From Macrostomum lignano (lineage: Eukaryota): a stretch of DNA of 64,000 nt. The notes under the pieces were generated by a model. That model saw only the letters and a list, made by a program, of their open reading frames with translations. It was not told the DNA's origin and ran no database searches. Both the position numbers and the translations under genes were made by a program. Below, piece by piece: positions 1 through 15,000 of this stretch (the stretch's first letter is position 1; every line of letters begins with the position of its first letter). The stretch spans positions 58,062-122,061 of the forward strand of contig NIVC01000144.1 in NCBI GenBank assembly GCA_002269645.1. Reading direction: 5' to 3'.

Positions 1-72
1 GCGGCATCAGAATCTTTTCGAGCATGTCGCCGAGAACTCCAAAGCTGGGCTCCATGATGAAGTCGATGAAAC
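1..72 (-). CDS. PDE1: PDE1 exon ([24 protein letters not shown]), truncated by window edge
   Basis: Acceptor cag at 75-73; in frame with the 249-168 exon. Confidence 0.9.
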
Positions 73-3000
73 CTGAATCGGATTAGTTAACATGCCAGAG
101 TATGCGCGCATGATCGGAGGGCGTGTTACGTGCCATAGGTAATAAATGTGTATTCCTGAAAACTTACCAACTTGTGACTGTGCCACCATGGTGGTGCTCC
201 GGTCGCACAGCGGGGAGCACGGCAGGTCCAGCGCCTTCTCTCGGTCCCCCTGAGTTCATGGCATTGATGAATGAAATGATTATAAGATCATTGATAAATT
301 TTCAAGATTGATGAATCGATAACATTGATGGATTAATAAGATTGATGAAATATTAATGGATTGATAATAAGATTGGTAAGATTGATATAGTGATAAGATT
401 GATGAAATCGATAGATTGATAGATTGATAAGATTGATGAAATTGATGGATTAATAAGCTTGATAAAATTAATGGATTGATAAAATTGATAAATTGATAAG
501 GCTGATAATATTAGCAAGATTGATAAGTGATTCATCGATTAAAATTGCAGCTTATAAGACTCTTCGATCGATAAGATAGATTGATTGACAAGAGAATTGG
601 TTAATCAGACGATCACAAACCTGTCTGAAAAACTCCTCCAGCAGCGACATGGTCCATCTTTGGTGCAGGTCGAACCGCTTTCCGGGATGACTAATGTCGG
701 CGCAGTGCAGCATGAGGGCCAGCGCCTTCTCCTTGTCGATGCTGACATTGTGTTAGTGAGAGGGAGGGATATATAGGGAGATTGAGATTCTGCCACACAA
801 TATTCATTCACTCATTTTGATTGAGCAACATAGAATCAAACAAACTTTCCTTTCTATTTTAATTCACGAAAGTTTACACTACTAACTAGCTAGAAGAGTA
901 GTATAGAGCATGATAGTGGCTATTCGTACGGTTAGTCTTTGAAACCAGAAATTCAGATTAAAACTATTTTTGAATGTTAAAAATATTTTGCAAAACTAGG
1001 AAAATTTTGGCGTGAAAAACTATAACTTTTAGACTTAAAAAATTTCGACAAAAGTTTGTTTTAACCCAACCGTTTTTAAACTAAAGCAATGAAGCTGGGA
1101 CCACTTAAACGAATAACCGCTATGAGAAAGCATCTTTCAAAAAAGTTTTTGCGATGTTTTGATAAAACAAAAACTATTTTGCACTTATTGCAATTAATTT
1201 GATTAAAAAAATGAGATTTTATCATTGTTTTGCACTAAATACTAATTGTTAGTCGAAGTAGTAGTAAATTACATTTCAAGTTGATTAGTACAAAAAAAGT
1301 ATACACTCAAAATTCGGATGTAAAATGTAACGAGAAAAAAGTGAAAGAATGAGGCTAGACTAACTTTTCTACTATAATAAAATAGAAAAGACCCAGAGTG
1401 TGCTAGTAGGCCCTCAATAAATTAGTAGGATTGATCAGGCTGAGAAGACATAGAAAATAATTTACAAGAGTGCAACTAATTTACAGGCTATCTATTAGAG
1501 TTTTTATTCATTGAAATTCTAAAATTTAGTTTACTAATATTTTTTTATTTAATGCATTACTTTGTATATCGATATAAAAAATTCATTTTTTTGTTATTTA
1601 TGATTTCTAATTTGCAATTCTTTTTTTCAAACGAATTCTGTTTAACAGTATATTAAAGTGAAATTTTGTAAGTGCACAAACGAAAACAAATTAAAATCGA
1701 GCAGCCAATTGATTACTAATGATTAGTTGTACAATATTAGTTAGTGCCATGAGTGTGTAAATTATGATTAATCTATTATAACAAAGCTATAAAAAATTTC
1801 TCAGCTTGCCCGCAAGGGAAGGCGGTGAGAACTGTTCGCCTGGGTCTTGACTCATTGCTGCCATTGCCGAAAAACAGCCACTCTTGGTCTGGCGCCCTAA
1901 ATTTGTTATAACGAAAAAACGTAGTAATCCGGAAAATTTATTGGCATGCAAACCCCAATCCACGCAAAATTTAAAAACGTGCAAATCCAATGCATAACCG
2001 CCATTAGTTTAAGCAAAATCATTTCAGAGCGGTACTTTTAAAAATAAAACTTGCATTTCAAACAAGCTGTTAGCAATTTTTTTGGTTTAAATATACGTGT
2101 ATAATACTGTATATATATAGTGTTTATACGTACAAACAAATGTGCTAGAAATGTTCTGTTCATCTAACAGTGAAAAATGGAGTGCATTCGGCTAGCGTAT
2201 ATTGTCAGTCATAGTTAGTGGTTCCAATTGGAACAGTCCATGCCGTCGACTAAAAATCAAGACTCTCTCGTAAAAACAACTGGTTAAAATGTAATTTTTG
2301 TCGATCGATTTAAAACCCGCGTAATTTTTTTCTGTATAAAATATTTATGAATTTAAATAACTGATTATATAAGCTCACATTATACTTCTTGCACAAAATG
2401 ATACAATACGACTTAGGGGTCAGGAAAGTCACTAGAGAGGCAGATGAGTAACCTGAGAGTCTGATGAGTCACTGGAGGGTCAAATGACTAACAGATGAGT
2501 CAGCTGCATTTTAAGGGTCAGAAAAGTCATTTGAGGATGAGAATTAATTGACTTGAATGTTTTGCTCATTACTGCATAAAATAACAAAACTCTCTCCGAT
2601 ATGCGCTCGTATACTCGTTTCCAGAAAATGCGGATAAAACCGTAACGGAAACATAAAAACCATGCATTTAGTCAGCAATAAACAACAAAACAGCTTGGAG
2701 CAATCTTATTCAGACCGTGTTGCGTTGCAGTTGAAGCCTGGCGCAGAGTGATCAGCTGGTGATGATTCTGGCTGCTGCTGATGAAGCCTTGAGTATTCAG
2801 TAATAATCTGACACTTTACAAACTTTACACTATGCACTTTATTATTGATAAAGTTATCGCTGAAAATACTATCAACAGTAATCAAGCAGGCTTAATTCAG
2901 TGGGAACAATCTAAACGGATATCTTTCTCATGCCAGAGGAAAATATCATTTTGAAAATAAACTTAATATCTTAAAAATAAAATATTACAATAAATTTAAT

Positions 3001-6000
3001 TTACTCACTTTTCCGGCATGCTGAGCAGCTGTTTCATGTTCTTGATCTGCTGGAAGTGCAGGCTCATGTCAGTGTTCAGCACCATGTCAATGATGAGGGC
3101 GCGGAACTCCCTGCGTGCCAAGAGTGAAGACAAGATTTGTCTGAGATGTTCTGGGATGTTAGACAGAACCCTGATCTGTTAGACAGAACCCTGATCTGTA
3201 AGACAGAACCCTGATCTGTTAGACAGAACCCTGATCTGTTAGACAGAACCCTGATCTGTAAGACAGAACCCTGATCTGTTAGACAGAACCCTGATCTGTA
3301 AGACAGAACCCTGATCTGTTAGACAGAACCCTGATCTGTTAGACAGAACCCTGATCTGTTAGACAGAACCCTGATCTGTTAGACAGAACCCTGATCTGTT
3401 AGACAGAACCCTGATCTGTAAGACAGAACCCTGATCTGTTAGACAGAACCCTGATCTGTAAGACAGAACCCTGATCTGTTAGACAGAACCCTGATCTGTA
3501 AGACAGAACCCTGATCTGTTAGACAGAACCCTGATCTGTTAGACAGAACCCTGATCTGTTAGACAGAACCCTGATCTGTAAGACAGAACCCTGATCTGTT
3601 AGACAGAACCCTGATCTGTTAGACAGAACCCTGATCTGTTAGACAGAACCCTGATCTGTTAGACAGAACCCTGATCTGTTAGACAGAACCCTGATCTGTA
3701 AGACAGAACCCTGATCTGTTAGACAGAACCCTGATCTGTTAGACAGAACCCTGATCTGTTAGACAGAACCCTGATCTGTTAGACAGAACCCTGATCTGTT
3801 AGACAGAACCCTGATCTGTTAGACAGAACAGTATACTGTTAGACAAGATCCCTAATCCGTCAAACTGTAAGTAGATGAAGCTCAAGCCTTCCAAGCAGCC
3901 TCTCACTTGTACTCCTCTCTAGACAGGCCGCTGATGATGTTGAACTCGTCCAGCTTCATGAGCCTGAAGACGGCGCTGGCGTGGTGATTCTCCAGCACGC
4001 CTTTGTCATTGTACAGCAGGGCGAGCTCTGAGGCGGTGTTCACGTGAAAGTTATTGGTGGTTCCCGTGTGCTCGTAGTCGTGAATGATGGCGGCAAAAAT
4101 GGTAGCGAAGATCTCCAGGTCTGTCAGCCAGTTCTGTTGGATCAAAGTGAGTTATTTGGTATAGTTGATGTCAGATTTTCTGTTTACAACGCCTCAATAA
4201 TATAAACCCCCTATGTTTATAGGTTTTTTAGCTCATAAATAAATGTGACAAGCTGGTTATCAAACTGATCACAAGGACAAAAAGTTTTCTGCTAAAGATG
4301 TTAAACAATAGGTCAATCTGAATGATTTCTTTGTCAAATGGATTTAAGACTGCTGTCCTGATGGTTGAACAAATTTTCAAATTTTAACAATCAATTATTG
4401 TTGGTATAGACTAACGAACGAGAATTTGACAAAAGAGATGAAAGGGGATGACAAGAAATTAGAGTAGATGGCTGTAGATGAGAGGAAAGATCAGAAGGGA
4501 TGAGATGAGATAAGATAAAAGTAGATGAGAGGAGATGGGGAAGGTGGGGGAGACGAGGGGAGATAAAAGGAGATGAGGGGAGATTAAAATAAGATGAAAG
4601 AAACTGAGAGGAAGAGAAGAGAGGAAGAGATGAGAGAAGAAGACATGAGATGAGATGAGATGACAGGAGATGACAGGAGATGACAGGAGATGAGTGGAGA
4701 TGAGAGGAAATGAGGGGAGATAAGGGGAGATGAGAGGAGATGAGAGGAGATGAGTGGAGATGAGTGGAGATGAGGGGAGATGAGTGGAGATGAGAGGAAA
4801 TGAGGGGAGATAAGGGGAGATGAGAGGAGATGAGAGGAGATGAGTGGAGATGAGTGGAGATGAGGGGAGATGAGTGGAGATGAGAGGAAATGAGGGGAGA
4901 TAAGGGGAGATGAGAGGAGATGAGTGGAGATGAGAGGAGATGAGTGGAGATGAGGGGAGATGAGTGGAGATGAGAGGAAATGAGGGGAGATAAGGGGAGA
5001 TGAGAGGAGATGAGTGGAGATGAGTGGAGATGAGTGGAGATGAGTGGAGATGAGTGGAGATGAGTGGAGATGAGAGGAGATGAGGGGAGATGAGAGGAAA
5101 TGAGGGGAGATAAGGGGAGATGAGAGGAGATGAGAGGAGATGAGTGGAGATGAGTGGAGATGAGGGGAGATGAGTGGAGATGAGAGGAAATGAGGGGAGA
5201 TAAGGGGAGATGAGAGGAGATGAGTGGAGATGAGAGGAGATGAGTGGAGATGAGGGGAGATGAGTGGAGATGAGAGGAAATGAGGGGAGATAAGGGGAGA
5301 TGAGAGGAGATGAGTGGAGATGAGTGGAGATGAGTGGAGATGAGTGGAGATGAGTGGAGATGAGTGGAGATGAGTGGAGATGAGTGGAGATGAGTGGAGA
5401 TGAGTGGAGATGAGTGGAGATGAGTGGAGATGAGTGGAGATGAGTGGAGATGAGTGGAGATGAGAGGAGATGAGTGGAGATGAGTGGAGATGAGTGGAGA
5501 TGAGTGGAGATGAGTGGAGATGAGTGGAGATGAGTGGAGATGAGTGGAGATGAGTGGAGATGAGGGGAGATGAGTGGAGATGAGAGGAAATGAGGGGAGA
5601 TAAGGGGAGATGAGAGGAGATGAGTGGAGATGAGAGGAGATGAGTGGAGATGAGGGGAGATGAGTGGAGATGAGAGGAAATGAGGGGAGATAAGGGGAGA
5701 TGAGAGGAGATGAGTGGAGATGAGTGGAGATGAGTGGAGATGAGTGGAGATGAGTGGAGATGAGGGGAGATGAGTGGAGATGAGAGGAAATGAGGGGAGA
5801 TAAGGGGAAATGAGAGGAGATGAGTGGAGATGAGTGGAGATGAGTGGAGATGAGTGGAGATGAGTGGAGATGAGTGGAGATGAGTGGAGATGAGTGGAGA
5901 TGAGTGGAGATGAGTGGAGATGAGAGGAGATGAGTGGAGATGAGTGGAGATGAGTGGAGATGAGTGGAGATGAGTGGAGATGAGTGGAGATGAGTGGAGA

Positions 6001-9000
6001 TGAGTGGAGATGAGAGGAGATGAGTGGAGATGAGAGAAGGGAACGCAGAAGATAAAACGCCAGATGAAGAGGAGATCCAAGAGAAAACTGCAGCCCAGAG
6101 AGGACGGCCTTCCCAGGAACGCAGCCCGACCCATCCGCATCAGCGAAGTCGGACATGCAATCCGCCGCTGTTAGCAGCTCATCGCAGCTTCTCCAGCCTC
6201 CCGCCTCATCTCCGCTAAAATCTGTGGCGGCGCAGCGCAGCGTGAAGCGAAGCTCCATCATCACAGAGGCTGCGAGCGAAATGCAATCTGCATGAATTTC
6301 TCATCAATCTACCTGACACTTTCTTAAATTGCATTCAGGGTTGCTGGGCTAGCAAGGCCGCTCATTTTTGGCGTCAGACCTCCCGGCCCGAATAATGAGT
6401 TTTCCGAGTTTCGGATTTTTTCGCTATTAGGCTCTTCTCGAGTTTCTGATTAAGTCTGTTGACTCTTGGCTGGAAACTGAAAATTACAGCGGCTAAGCGT
6501 TTCGGTGTCCATTTCGTCAACTTGCAATTTTCGTAATCTGTCCCTCTTCCAGATTTTCACTCTTCCATATTGTCACTCTTCCATATTGTCACTCTTCCAT
6601 ATTGTCACTCTTCCATATTGTCACTCTTCCATATTGTCACTCTTCCATATTGTCACTCTTCCATATTGTCACTCTCCCATATTGTCACTCTTCCATATTG
6701 TCACTCTTCCATATTGTCACTCTTCCATATTGTCACTCTTCCATATTGTCACTCTCCCATATTGTCACTCTTCCATATTGTCACTCTTCCATATTGTCAC
6801 TCTTCCATATTGTCACTCTTCCATATTGTCACTCTTCCATCCCGTCACTCTTCCATCGCGTCACTCTTCCACCCGTCACTCTTCCATCCCGTCACTCTTC
6901 CATCCCGTCACTCTTCCACCTCGTCACTCTTCCATCCCCTCACTCTTCCATCCCGTCACTCTTCTATCCCGTCACTCTTCCATCCCGTCACTCTTCCATC
7001 CCGTCACTCTTCCACCCGTCACTCTTCCATCCCGTCACTCTTCCATCCCGTCACTCTTCCACCTCGTCACTCTTCCATCCCCTCACTCTTCCATCCCGTC
7101 ACTCTTCCATCCCGTCACTCTTCCATCCCGTCACTCTTCCATCCCGTCACTCTTCCATCTCGTCACTCTTCCACCTCGTCACTCTTCCATCCCCTCACTC
7201 TTCCATCCCGTCACTCTTCTATCCCGTCACTCTTCCATCCCGTCACTCTTCCATCCCGTCACTCTTCCATCCCGTCACTCTTTCATTCTGTGACTCTCCC
7301 ATATTATTCCTCAGCCTCAACTCACCACCAGCTTGGAGGAGCTCATGATGAAGTGGCAGGTCTGGGCCACGTCCGCCCCGTGTACCAGGTTGTGGTACGG
7401 GTTGCTAAACCTGCTGTAGCCTTCCTCGCATTTGGTGAGGAAATTCTCCAACACGTTTGTGTTGATCTGCGGGTTTTATAGATAAAATTGTAGCTTTTAG
7501 AGTCTGAAAGTGGGAAAGAATGGTCTTGAAAGAGTGACAAATTGACCATGAGAGAGTGATCTAGTGGCGGAATGACCATGAGAGAGTGACAAAGTGACGG
7601 AGTGACCATGAGAGAGTCACAAAGTGACGGAGTGACCATGAGAGAGTGACAAAGAGACGGAGTGACCATGAAAGAGTGACAAAGTTACAGAGTGATCACG
7701 AGAGAGTGACAAAGTTACAGAGTGACCATGAGAGAGTGACAAAGAGACGGAGTGACCATGAAAGAGTGACAAAGTGACGGAATGACCATGAGAGAGTGAC
7801 AAAGTGAAGGAGTGACCATGAAAGAGTGACAAAGTGAAGGAGTGATCACGAGAGAGTGACAAAGCGACGGAGTGACCATGAGCATGAGAGAGTGACAAAG
7901 AGACGGAGTGACCATGAAAGAGTGACAAAGTTACAGAGTGATCACGAGAGAGTGACAAAGTTACAGAGTGACCATGAGAGAGTGACAAAGAGACGGAGTG
8001 ACCATGAGAGGGTGCCAAAATTACGGGGGGGACCATGAGAGAGTGACAAAGTTACGGAGTGACCATGAGAGAGTGACAAAGAGACGGAGTGACCATGAAA
8101 GAGTGACAAAGTTACAGAGTGATCACGAGAGAGTGACAAAGTTACAGAGTGACCATGAGAGAGTGAAAAAGTGATGGAGTGACCATGAGAGGGTGCCAAA
8201 ATTACGGGGGGGACCATGAGAGAGTGACAAAGTTACGGAGTGACCATGAGAGAGTGACAAAGAGACGGAGTGACCATGAGAGGGTGCCAAAATTACGGGG
8301 GGGACCATGAGAGAGTGACAAAGTTACAGAGTGATCACGAGAGAGTGACAAAGTTACAGAGTGACCATGAGAGAGTGACAAAGAGACGGAGTGACCATGA
8401 GAGGGTGCCAAAATTACGGGGGGGACCATGAGAGAGTGACAAAGTGAAGGAGTGACTATGAGAGTGTGACAAAGTCACGGAGTGACTATGAGAGTGTGAC
8501 AAAGTCACGGAGTGACTATGAGAGAGTGACAAAGTGACTGAGTGATGGTTAGAAAGTAAAAAGTAATAAATTCAAGGCCATAAAAAGGAGGATAACTTTC
8601 TTCACAGGTTCAACGAGTCAGCTCACCTTGAACTTGTTAATAAGGTCGTATTTATGCAGCAACTCGAAACCAACAAACTTAAGAGCATGATTGTCCGAGG
8701 CCTCATTGAGCTCAAAAATATTGAAGCACCAATCGTCCAAACCGGCCTAAAAAAGGATAGCGGATGAAGAAGTGCTCAAAATCATTGTTTTCTTTCTATA
8801 AAAATTTGACATATTCATGTAATTAACAACAGACAGCTGTTCTGAGATTGCTGTACCTTCAACAGCACGAGGACATTTTGCGGCACGTTGATGTTGCTTG
8901 AGCTTGACAGTCTGCGGTAGATTCTGTTGAAGATATTGGTAGATTAAGGAACTGTTCGTGTCGACTAGTATGTGTAGTAGCTAAACTGGTGAAATCTGGA

Positions 9001-12000
9001 CCACAGCGTGTACGCTCGTCGATAAGATTTTATCAAAGCATATTTGAGGGGAATAGGGAGGCAGAGAGACGGTGAACGAGAGGGAGAGAGACAGGTAGAG
9101 AGGTAGACAGAGATGGGGGGAGAGAAAGAGGGAGATGGGGAGAGAGGGAGACAGAGATGGGGAGAGAGGGAGACAGAGATGGGAAGGGAGGGAGACAGAG
9201 ATGAGGAGGAAGGGAGACAGAGATGGGCAGAGAGGGAGACAGAGATGGGGGGAGAGGGAGACAGAGATGGGGAGAGAGGGAGACAGAGATGAGGAGGGAG
9301 GGAGACAGAGATGGGGAGAGAGGGAGACAGAGATGGGGGGAGAGGGAGACAGAGATGGGGAGGGAGGGAGACAGAGATGGGAAGGGAGGGAGACAGAGAT
9401 GAGGAGGGAGGGAGACAGAGATGAGGAGGGAGGGAGACAGAGATGGGGAGAGAGGGAGACAAAGATGGGGAGAGAGGGAGACAGAGATGGGGAGGGAGGG
9501 AGACAGAGATGAGGAGGGAGGGAGACAGAGATGAGGAGGGAGGGAGACAGAGATGAGGAGGGAGGGAGACAGAGATGAGGAGAGAGGGAGACAGAGATGG
9601 GGAGAGAGGGAGACAGAGATGGGGAGGAAGGGAGACAGAGATGAGGAGGGAGGGAGACAGAGATGAGGAGGGAGGGAGACAGAGATGAGGAGGGAGGGAG
9701 ACAGAGATGAGGAGGAAGGGAGACAGAGATGAGGAGGAAGGGAGACAGAGATGGGGAGAGAGGGAGACAGAGATGAGGAGGGAGGGAGACAGAGATGAGG
9801 AGGGAGGGAGACAGAGATGAGGAGGGAGGGAGACAGAGATGGGGAGAGAGGGAGACAGAGATGAGGAGGAAGGGAGACAGAGATGAGGAGGGAGGGAGAC
9901 AGAGATGGGGAGAGAGGGAGACAGAGATGGGGAGAGAGGGAGACAGAGATGGGGAGAGAGGGAGACAGAGATGGGGAGAGAGGGAGACAGAGATGAGGAG
10001 GGAGGGAGACAGAGATGGGGAGAGAGGGAGACAGAGATGAGGAGGGAGGGAGACAGAGATGGGGAGAGAGGGAGACAGAGATGAGGAGGGAGGGAGACAG
10101 AGATGGGGAGAGAGGGAGACAGAGATGGGGAGGGAGGGAGACAAAGATGAGGAGGGAGGGAGACAGAGATGAGGAGGGAGGGAGACAGAGATGAGGAGGG
10201 AGGGAGACAGAGATGGGGAGAGAGGGAGACAGAGATGGGGAGAGAGGGAGACAGAGATGGGGAGAGAGGGAAACAGAGATGGGGATATAGGGAGACAGAG
10301 ATGGGGGGTGGGGAGAGAGGGAGACAGAGATGGGGAGAGAGGGAGACAGAGATGGGGAGAGAGGGAGACAGAGATGGGGAGAGAGGGAGACAGAGATGGG
10401 GAGAGAGGGAAACAGAGATGGGGATATAGGGAGACAGGGATGGGGAGAGAGGGAAACAGAGATGGGGATATAGGGAGAGAGATAGAGGGAGAGACGGGAA
10501 AGAGAGAGGGTGAGAAGAAGTGGACTGGGAGGCACCGCAGGCGCACCTCTCCACCATGATGCCGGCCCTGATGGCATTGGCGACGCTGCGGAACTTGGGC
10601 TTTTCCCGGTGTTGCTTGAGCGAAGTCTGAGACCGCGTGAAGGTGCTCGCCAGCCAGTCACGCACCTCGTTGGGCACCTCGCCGGAGGGCACTTCGGGCA
10701 GTTCGTCCTCTTCGTTGCACAGGCGCCTGCATATTTAGCGATATAAATAATCGATAATTTACTTCGAAAATTTGAATTACCGCGAAAAAATGAGAAAAAT
10801 TAAACAAAAATTTACAAAAATTATTTACCACTGAGGCAAAAACTACAGATCTAGAATTAATTCGTTAACGCGCTACTGAGCGCAAGGCAAGTCAACTACC
10901 GGTAAGCAAAATTATTTTTGAAATTTTGTTTAAATTTTGTACGTTTTTCAAGTCAAACATTTTAGCGAGTTTTTGTAATCCACAAAGAAACACGCAAACA
11001 AATAATTAACAAAGATTAGAAAACCAGTTTCAACTGAAGCGACGGGTGAAATAAGGAAAAATGCGTTTTGTTATACGCAGCTCGCTTTGATGACTGTTTG
11101 AAATTTGAATTCCCGCGCTAAACCCGTTGCCATGGTGATCAGTCTGATCTCCGTATTCTAGTTGCTAAGGCTGGTTAATTAGAAAAAATATCAGCGGCAC
11201 AAATTGTTAATCAGCTACCAAAGACGCGCGGATAAATTAAATATTTTATAGCAAGAGTTTGTGAGGCTTTGGTGATATTTAAACAAAATATTTGTTTAAG
11301 CTACCAGTTAAGAAGTTCAAATTATTGGGATCACAGCTATCGCTTTCTAGTTTCATAGAAAAAAATTACTCTGTCACTGCGGTGACAGCTGCTCCTCGGC
11401 CGCTGGACTCCCTTCGAGTGACAGACAGGCTGCCCTCGGGGCTCAAGTCTGCCGCCGAATTCCGGCCCGTGTCACGTGGCGCCCTTGATGGCGGGCAGGT
11501 GTTTGTTTGGGAAATTTGAAACACTGTGTACTTTGGAAAGCGAAAAAAACTAGATTTTAACTTCATCGTGCTGCGGCAGGTTGCAAGCTGAATCATAGAA
11601 CAAGTACATATTGATGAGCGCGAAACGTCAATATCTTTTAATACATTCACCGAAAGTATGCCATCAATGCGTAACACAAAGTTAGCACGAATGCTAGCCC
11701 CTCTCTTCTCTCCTTTCTTCCCACCTCTCTTATACCCTCCCCGTACCCTCTTATACACCCTCTCTTCTACCCTCAACCCTCTCTTCTACCCCCTTCTCTT
11801 CTACCCCCTTCTCTTCTACCCCCTTCTCTTCTACCCCCTTCTCTTCTACCCCCTTCTCTTCTACCCCTTCTCTTCTACCCCCTTCTCTTCTACCCCTTCT
11901 CTTCTACCCCTTGCTCTTCTACCCCCTTCTCTTCTACCCCCTTCTCTTCTACCCCTTGCTCTTCTAACCCCTTGCTCTTCTACCCTCTTCTCTTCTACCC

Positions 12001-15000
12001 CCTTCTCTTTTACCCCCTGCTCTTCTACCCTCTTCTCTTCTACCCCCTTCTCTTTTATCCCCTTCTCATCTACCTTCTCGTTTTATAAGCATTTTCTTCG
12101 ACTCTACATTTCTTTCACCCTCTGTGGACCCTCTCTCCAACCACAGCTCCTCCAGCTTTCACAGCATATCGCCAAAATTCTCATAACTTATTTCCTAACT
12201 AATTAGCTTAGCGGTTCACTTTTTTATAATTAATAATTACTGATGATGATAAAATTGATGACCTCAGCAGCTTCATACCCAGTTGGAAGTCACATAAAAT
12301 TACCAGAAAAAGATGCTTTTATAATGCCACATCTGTATGATGCCCATCCCACATTCTTCTGAGACCGAAATTCAATGAATTACTGCTAGGCTTTGATGCA
12401 GGCAACCCTTAGAAACATCCATAATGAAATGAAGGCTGATTTACAGGAGAACCAAGTCAGGGTACGGGCTGCTGTGCCAAACTAGCATGCTAGAGAACTG
12501 CTCCACTTACTGACTGGGTATCGATTTAGTGATATACTGCCTGAGCTCATCCTTTTTGCATTGTGTCTGTCTCAGTGTCTCAGTGTCTCACAGTCTGTCT
12601 CAGTGTCTGTCCCAGTGTCTCAGTGTCTCACAGTCTGTCTCAGTGTCTGTCCCAGTGTCTCAGTGTCTCACAGTCTGTCTCAGTGTCTGTCTCGTGTCTG
12701 TCTCGTGTCTGTCCCAGTGTCTCACAGTCTGTCTCGTGTCTGTCTTAGTGTCTGTCTCAGTGTCTGTCCCAGTGTCTCAGTGTCTCACAGTCTGTCTCAG
12801 TGTCTGTCCCAGTGTCTCAGTGTCTCACAGTCTGTCTCAGTGTCTGTCCCAGTGTCTCAGTGTCTCACAGTCTGTCTCAGTGTCTGTCTCGTGTCTGTCT
12901 CGTGTCTGTCCCAGTGTCTCACAGTCTGTCTCGTGTCTGTCTTAGTGTCTGTCTCAGTGTCTGTCCCAGTGTCTCAGTGTCTCACAGTCTGTCTCGGTGT
13001 CTGTCTTAGTGTCTGTCTCAGTGTCTGTCCCAGTGTCTGAGTGTCTCACAGCCTGTCTCAGTGTCTGTCCCAGTGTCTCAGTGTCTCACAGCCTGTCTCA
13101 GTGTCTGTCCCAGTGTCTCAGTGTCTCACAGTCTGTCTCGGTGTCTGTCCCAGTGTCTCAGTGTCTCACAGCCTGTCTCAGTGTCTGTCCCAGTGTCTCA
13201 GTGTCTCACAGCCTGTCTCAGTGTCTGTCCCAGTGTCTCAGTGTCTCACAGCCTGTCTCAGTGTCTGTCCCAGTGTCTCAGTGTCTCACAGTCTGTCTCG
13301 GTGTCTGTCCCAGTGTCTCAGTGTCTCACAGCCTGTCCCAGTGCCTGTCCCAGTGCCTGTCCCAGTGCCTGTCCCAGTGCCTGTCCCAGTGCCTGTCCCA
13401 GTGCCTGTCCCAGTGCCTGTCCCAGTGCCTGTCCCAGTGCCTGTCCCAGTGCCTGTCCCAGTGCCTGTCCCAGTGCCTGTCCCAGTGCCTGTCCCAGTGC
13501 CTGTCCCAGTGCCTGTCCCAGTGCCTGTCCCAGTGCCTGTCCCAGTGCCTGTCCCAGTGCCTGTCCCAGTGCCTGTCCCAGTGCCTGTCCCAGTGCCTGC
13601 CCCAGTGCCTGTCCCAGTGCCTGCCCCAGTGCCTGTCCCAGTACCTGTCTCAGTGCCTGTCCCAGTGCCTGTCCCAGTGCCTGTCCCAGTACCTGTCCCA
13701 GTGCCTGTCCCAGTGCCTGTCCCAGTGCCTGTCCCAGTGCCTGTCCCAGTGCCTGCCCCAGTGCCTGTCCCAGTACCTGTCCCAGTGCCTGCCCCAGTGC
13801 CTGCCCCAGTGCCTGTCCCAGTGCCTGCCCCAGTGCCTGTCCCAGTACCTGTCTCAGTGCCTGTAAATGTCGATATTGTCGCAACCATATCAGGTAATTC
13901 TGTTGATTTATTAAAAAACAATTAGTAGGCACAGATAATTCCAGCCTCACCTGGTCTCATCAAGGTAGACAGACTCCAGCACCTGAGCGGCATAAGTCAA
14001 ATTCTTGATCAGTGCATCTTTTGATATACCGTCGCTTGCAACCAGTTTAGCAATTTTTCTTAGCCTGAAAATTTGCAGAAACGGAGCTTTGTTATAATCG
14101 AATTGCAGAAATAAAATTTTAAATATCAATCAAAAATAACAAATGCTTCGCCAACCCGCCCCAGCCTCATGCTCCAATCTCCATCTAATTTCCTGTTATG
14201 CATGGATTATCATCCTTCCACCATCATACAGACTTTAGAATCCGCCTCAGATTAGCCTTGGAGAGTCACTCTCGCTAAGATCACTAATAAGGCTGTCAGC
14301 CTGACGGGCGGGAGGCTGGGCAGGAAGGCAGGGAGATTAGCGGGATGCAAGCCAGTCTTCAAACTTTCTTAGCTACGAAGAATTAATAGTCACTTGGGTT
14401 GGGAGCTTGTCAAGGAGTCCCACAGCCAGAACTTGTGGTCTCTCTCACTCACGAACTCACGAACTCACGAACTCACGAACTCACGAACTCACGAACTCAC
14501 GAACTCACGAACTCACAAACTCACGAACTCACGAACTCACAAACTCACGAACTCACAAACTCACAAACTCACGAACTCACAAACTCACAAACTCACGAAC
14601 TCACGAACTCACAAACTCACGAACTCACAAACTCACACTCTCATAAATTTGTGCATTAAAATGAAGTTGTCTGAAGCCCGCTTGTTAATCCAGGTTTTGC
14701 TTCTACTAACTCAGTGTGGTCTCCTTGGTTATACAGGACAGGCCACAGGGGATTGGCACTTTAAAAAAAGCTCCAGATGCGACTGCCCGGCAGGAGGTCA
14801 TCAAACTGATCCCCGAGGCCGTCAAACTTGATCCTGATCAGCCGTGTATAGAAAGTTAGACCGACAAAATGGTCACAGGCAGAAAACGAAGGAGTTCGAG
14901 AGCTTCCCAGCGGAATAGGGGAGGCTCTTAAACGAGCCGATAGGCAGATCTACTTGACATTTTGTGATAGCGACTGCCTCGCCTTGATTTGGACTTATTT

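Noticed and set aside
6024-6290. GC-rich coding-like patch in a PDE1 intron (a similar patch lies at 21250-21440)
   Set aside because: The flanking PDE1 exons join in frame without it, and I found no supportable splice-site pair or homology.
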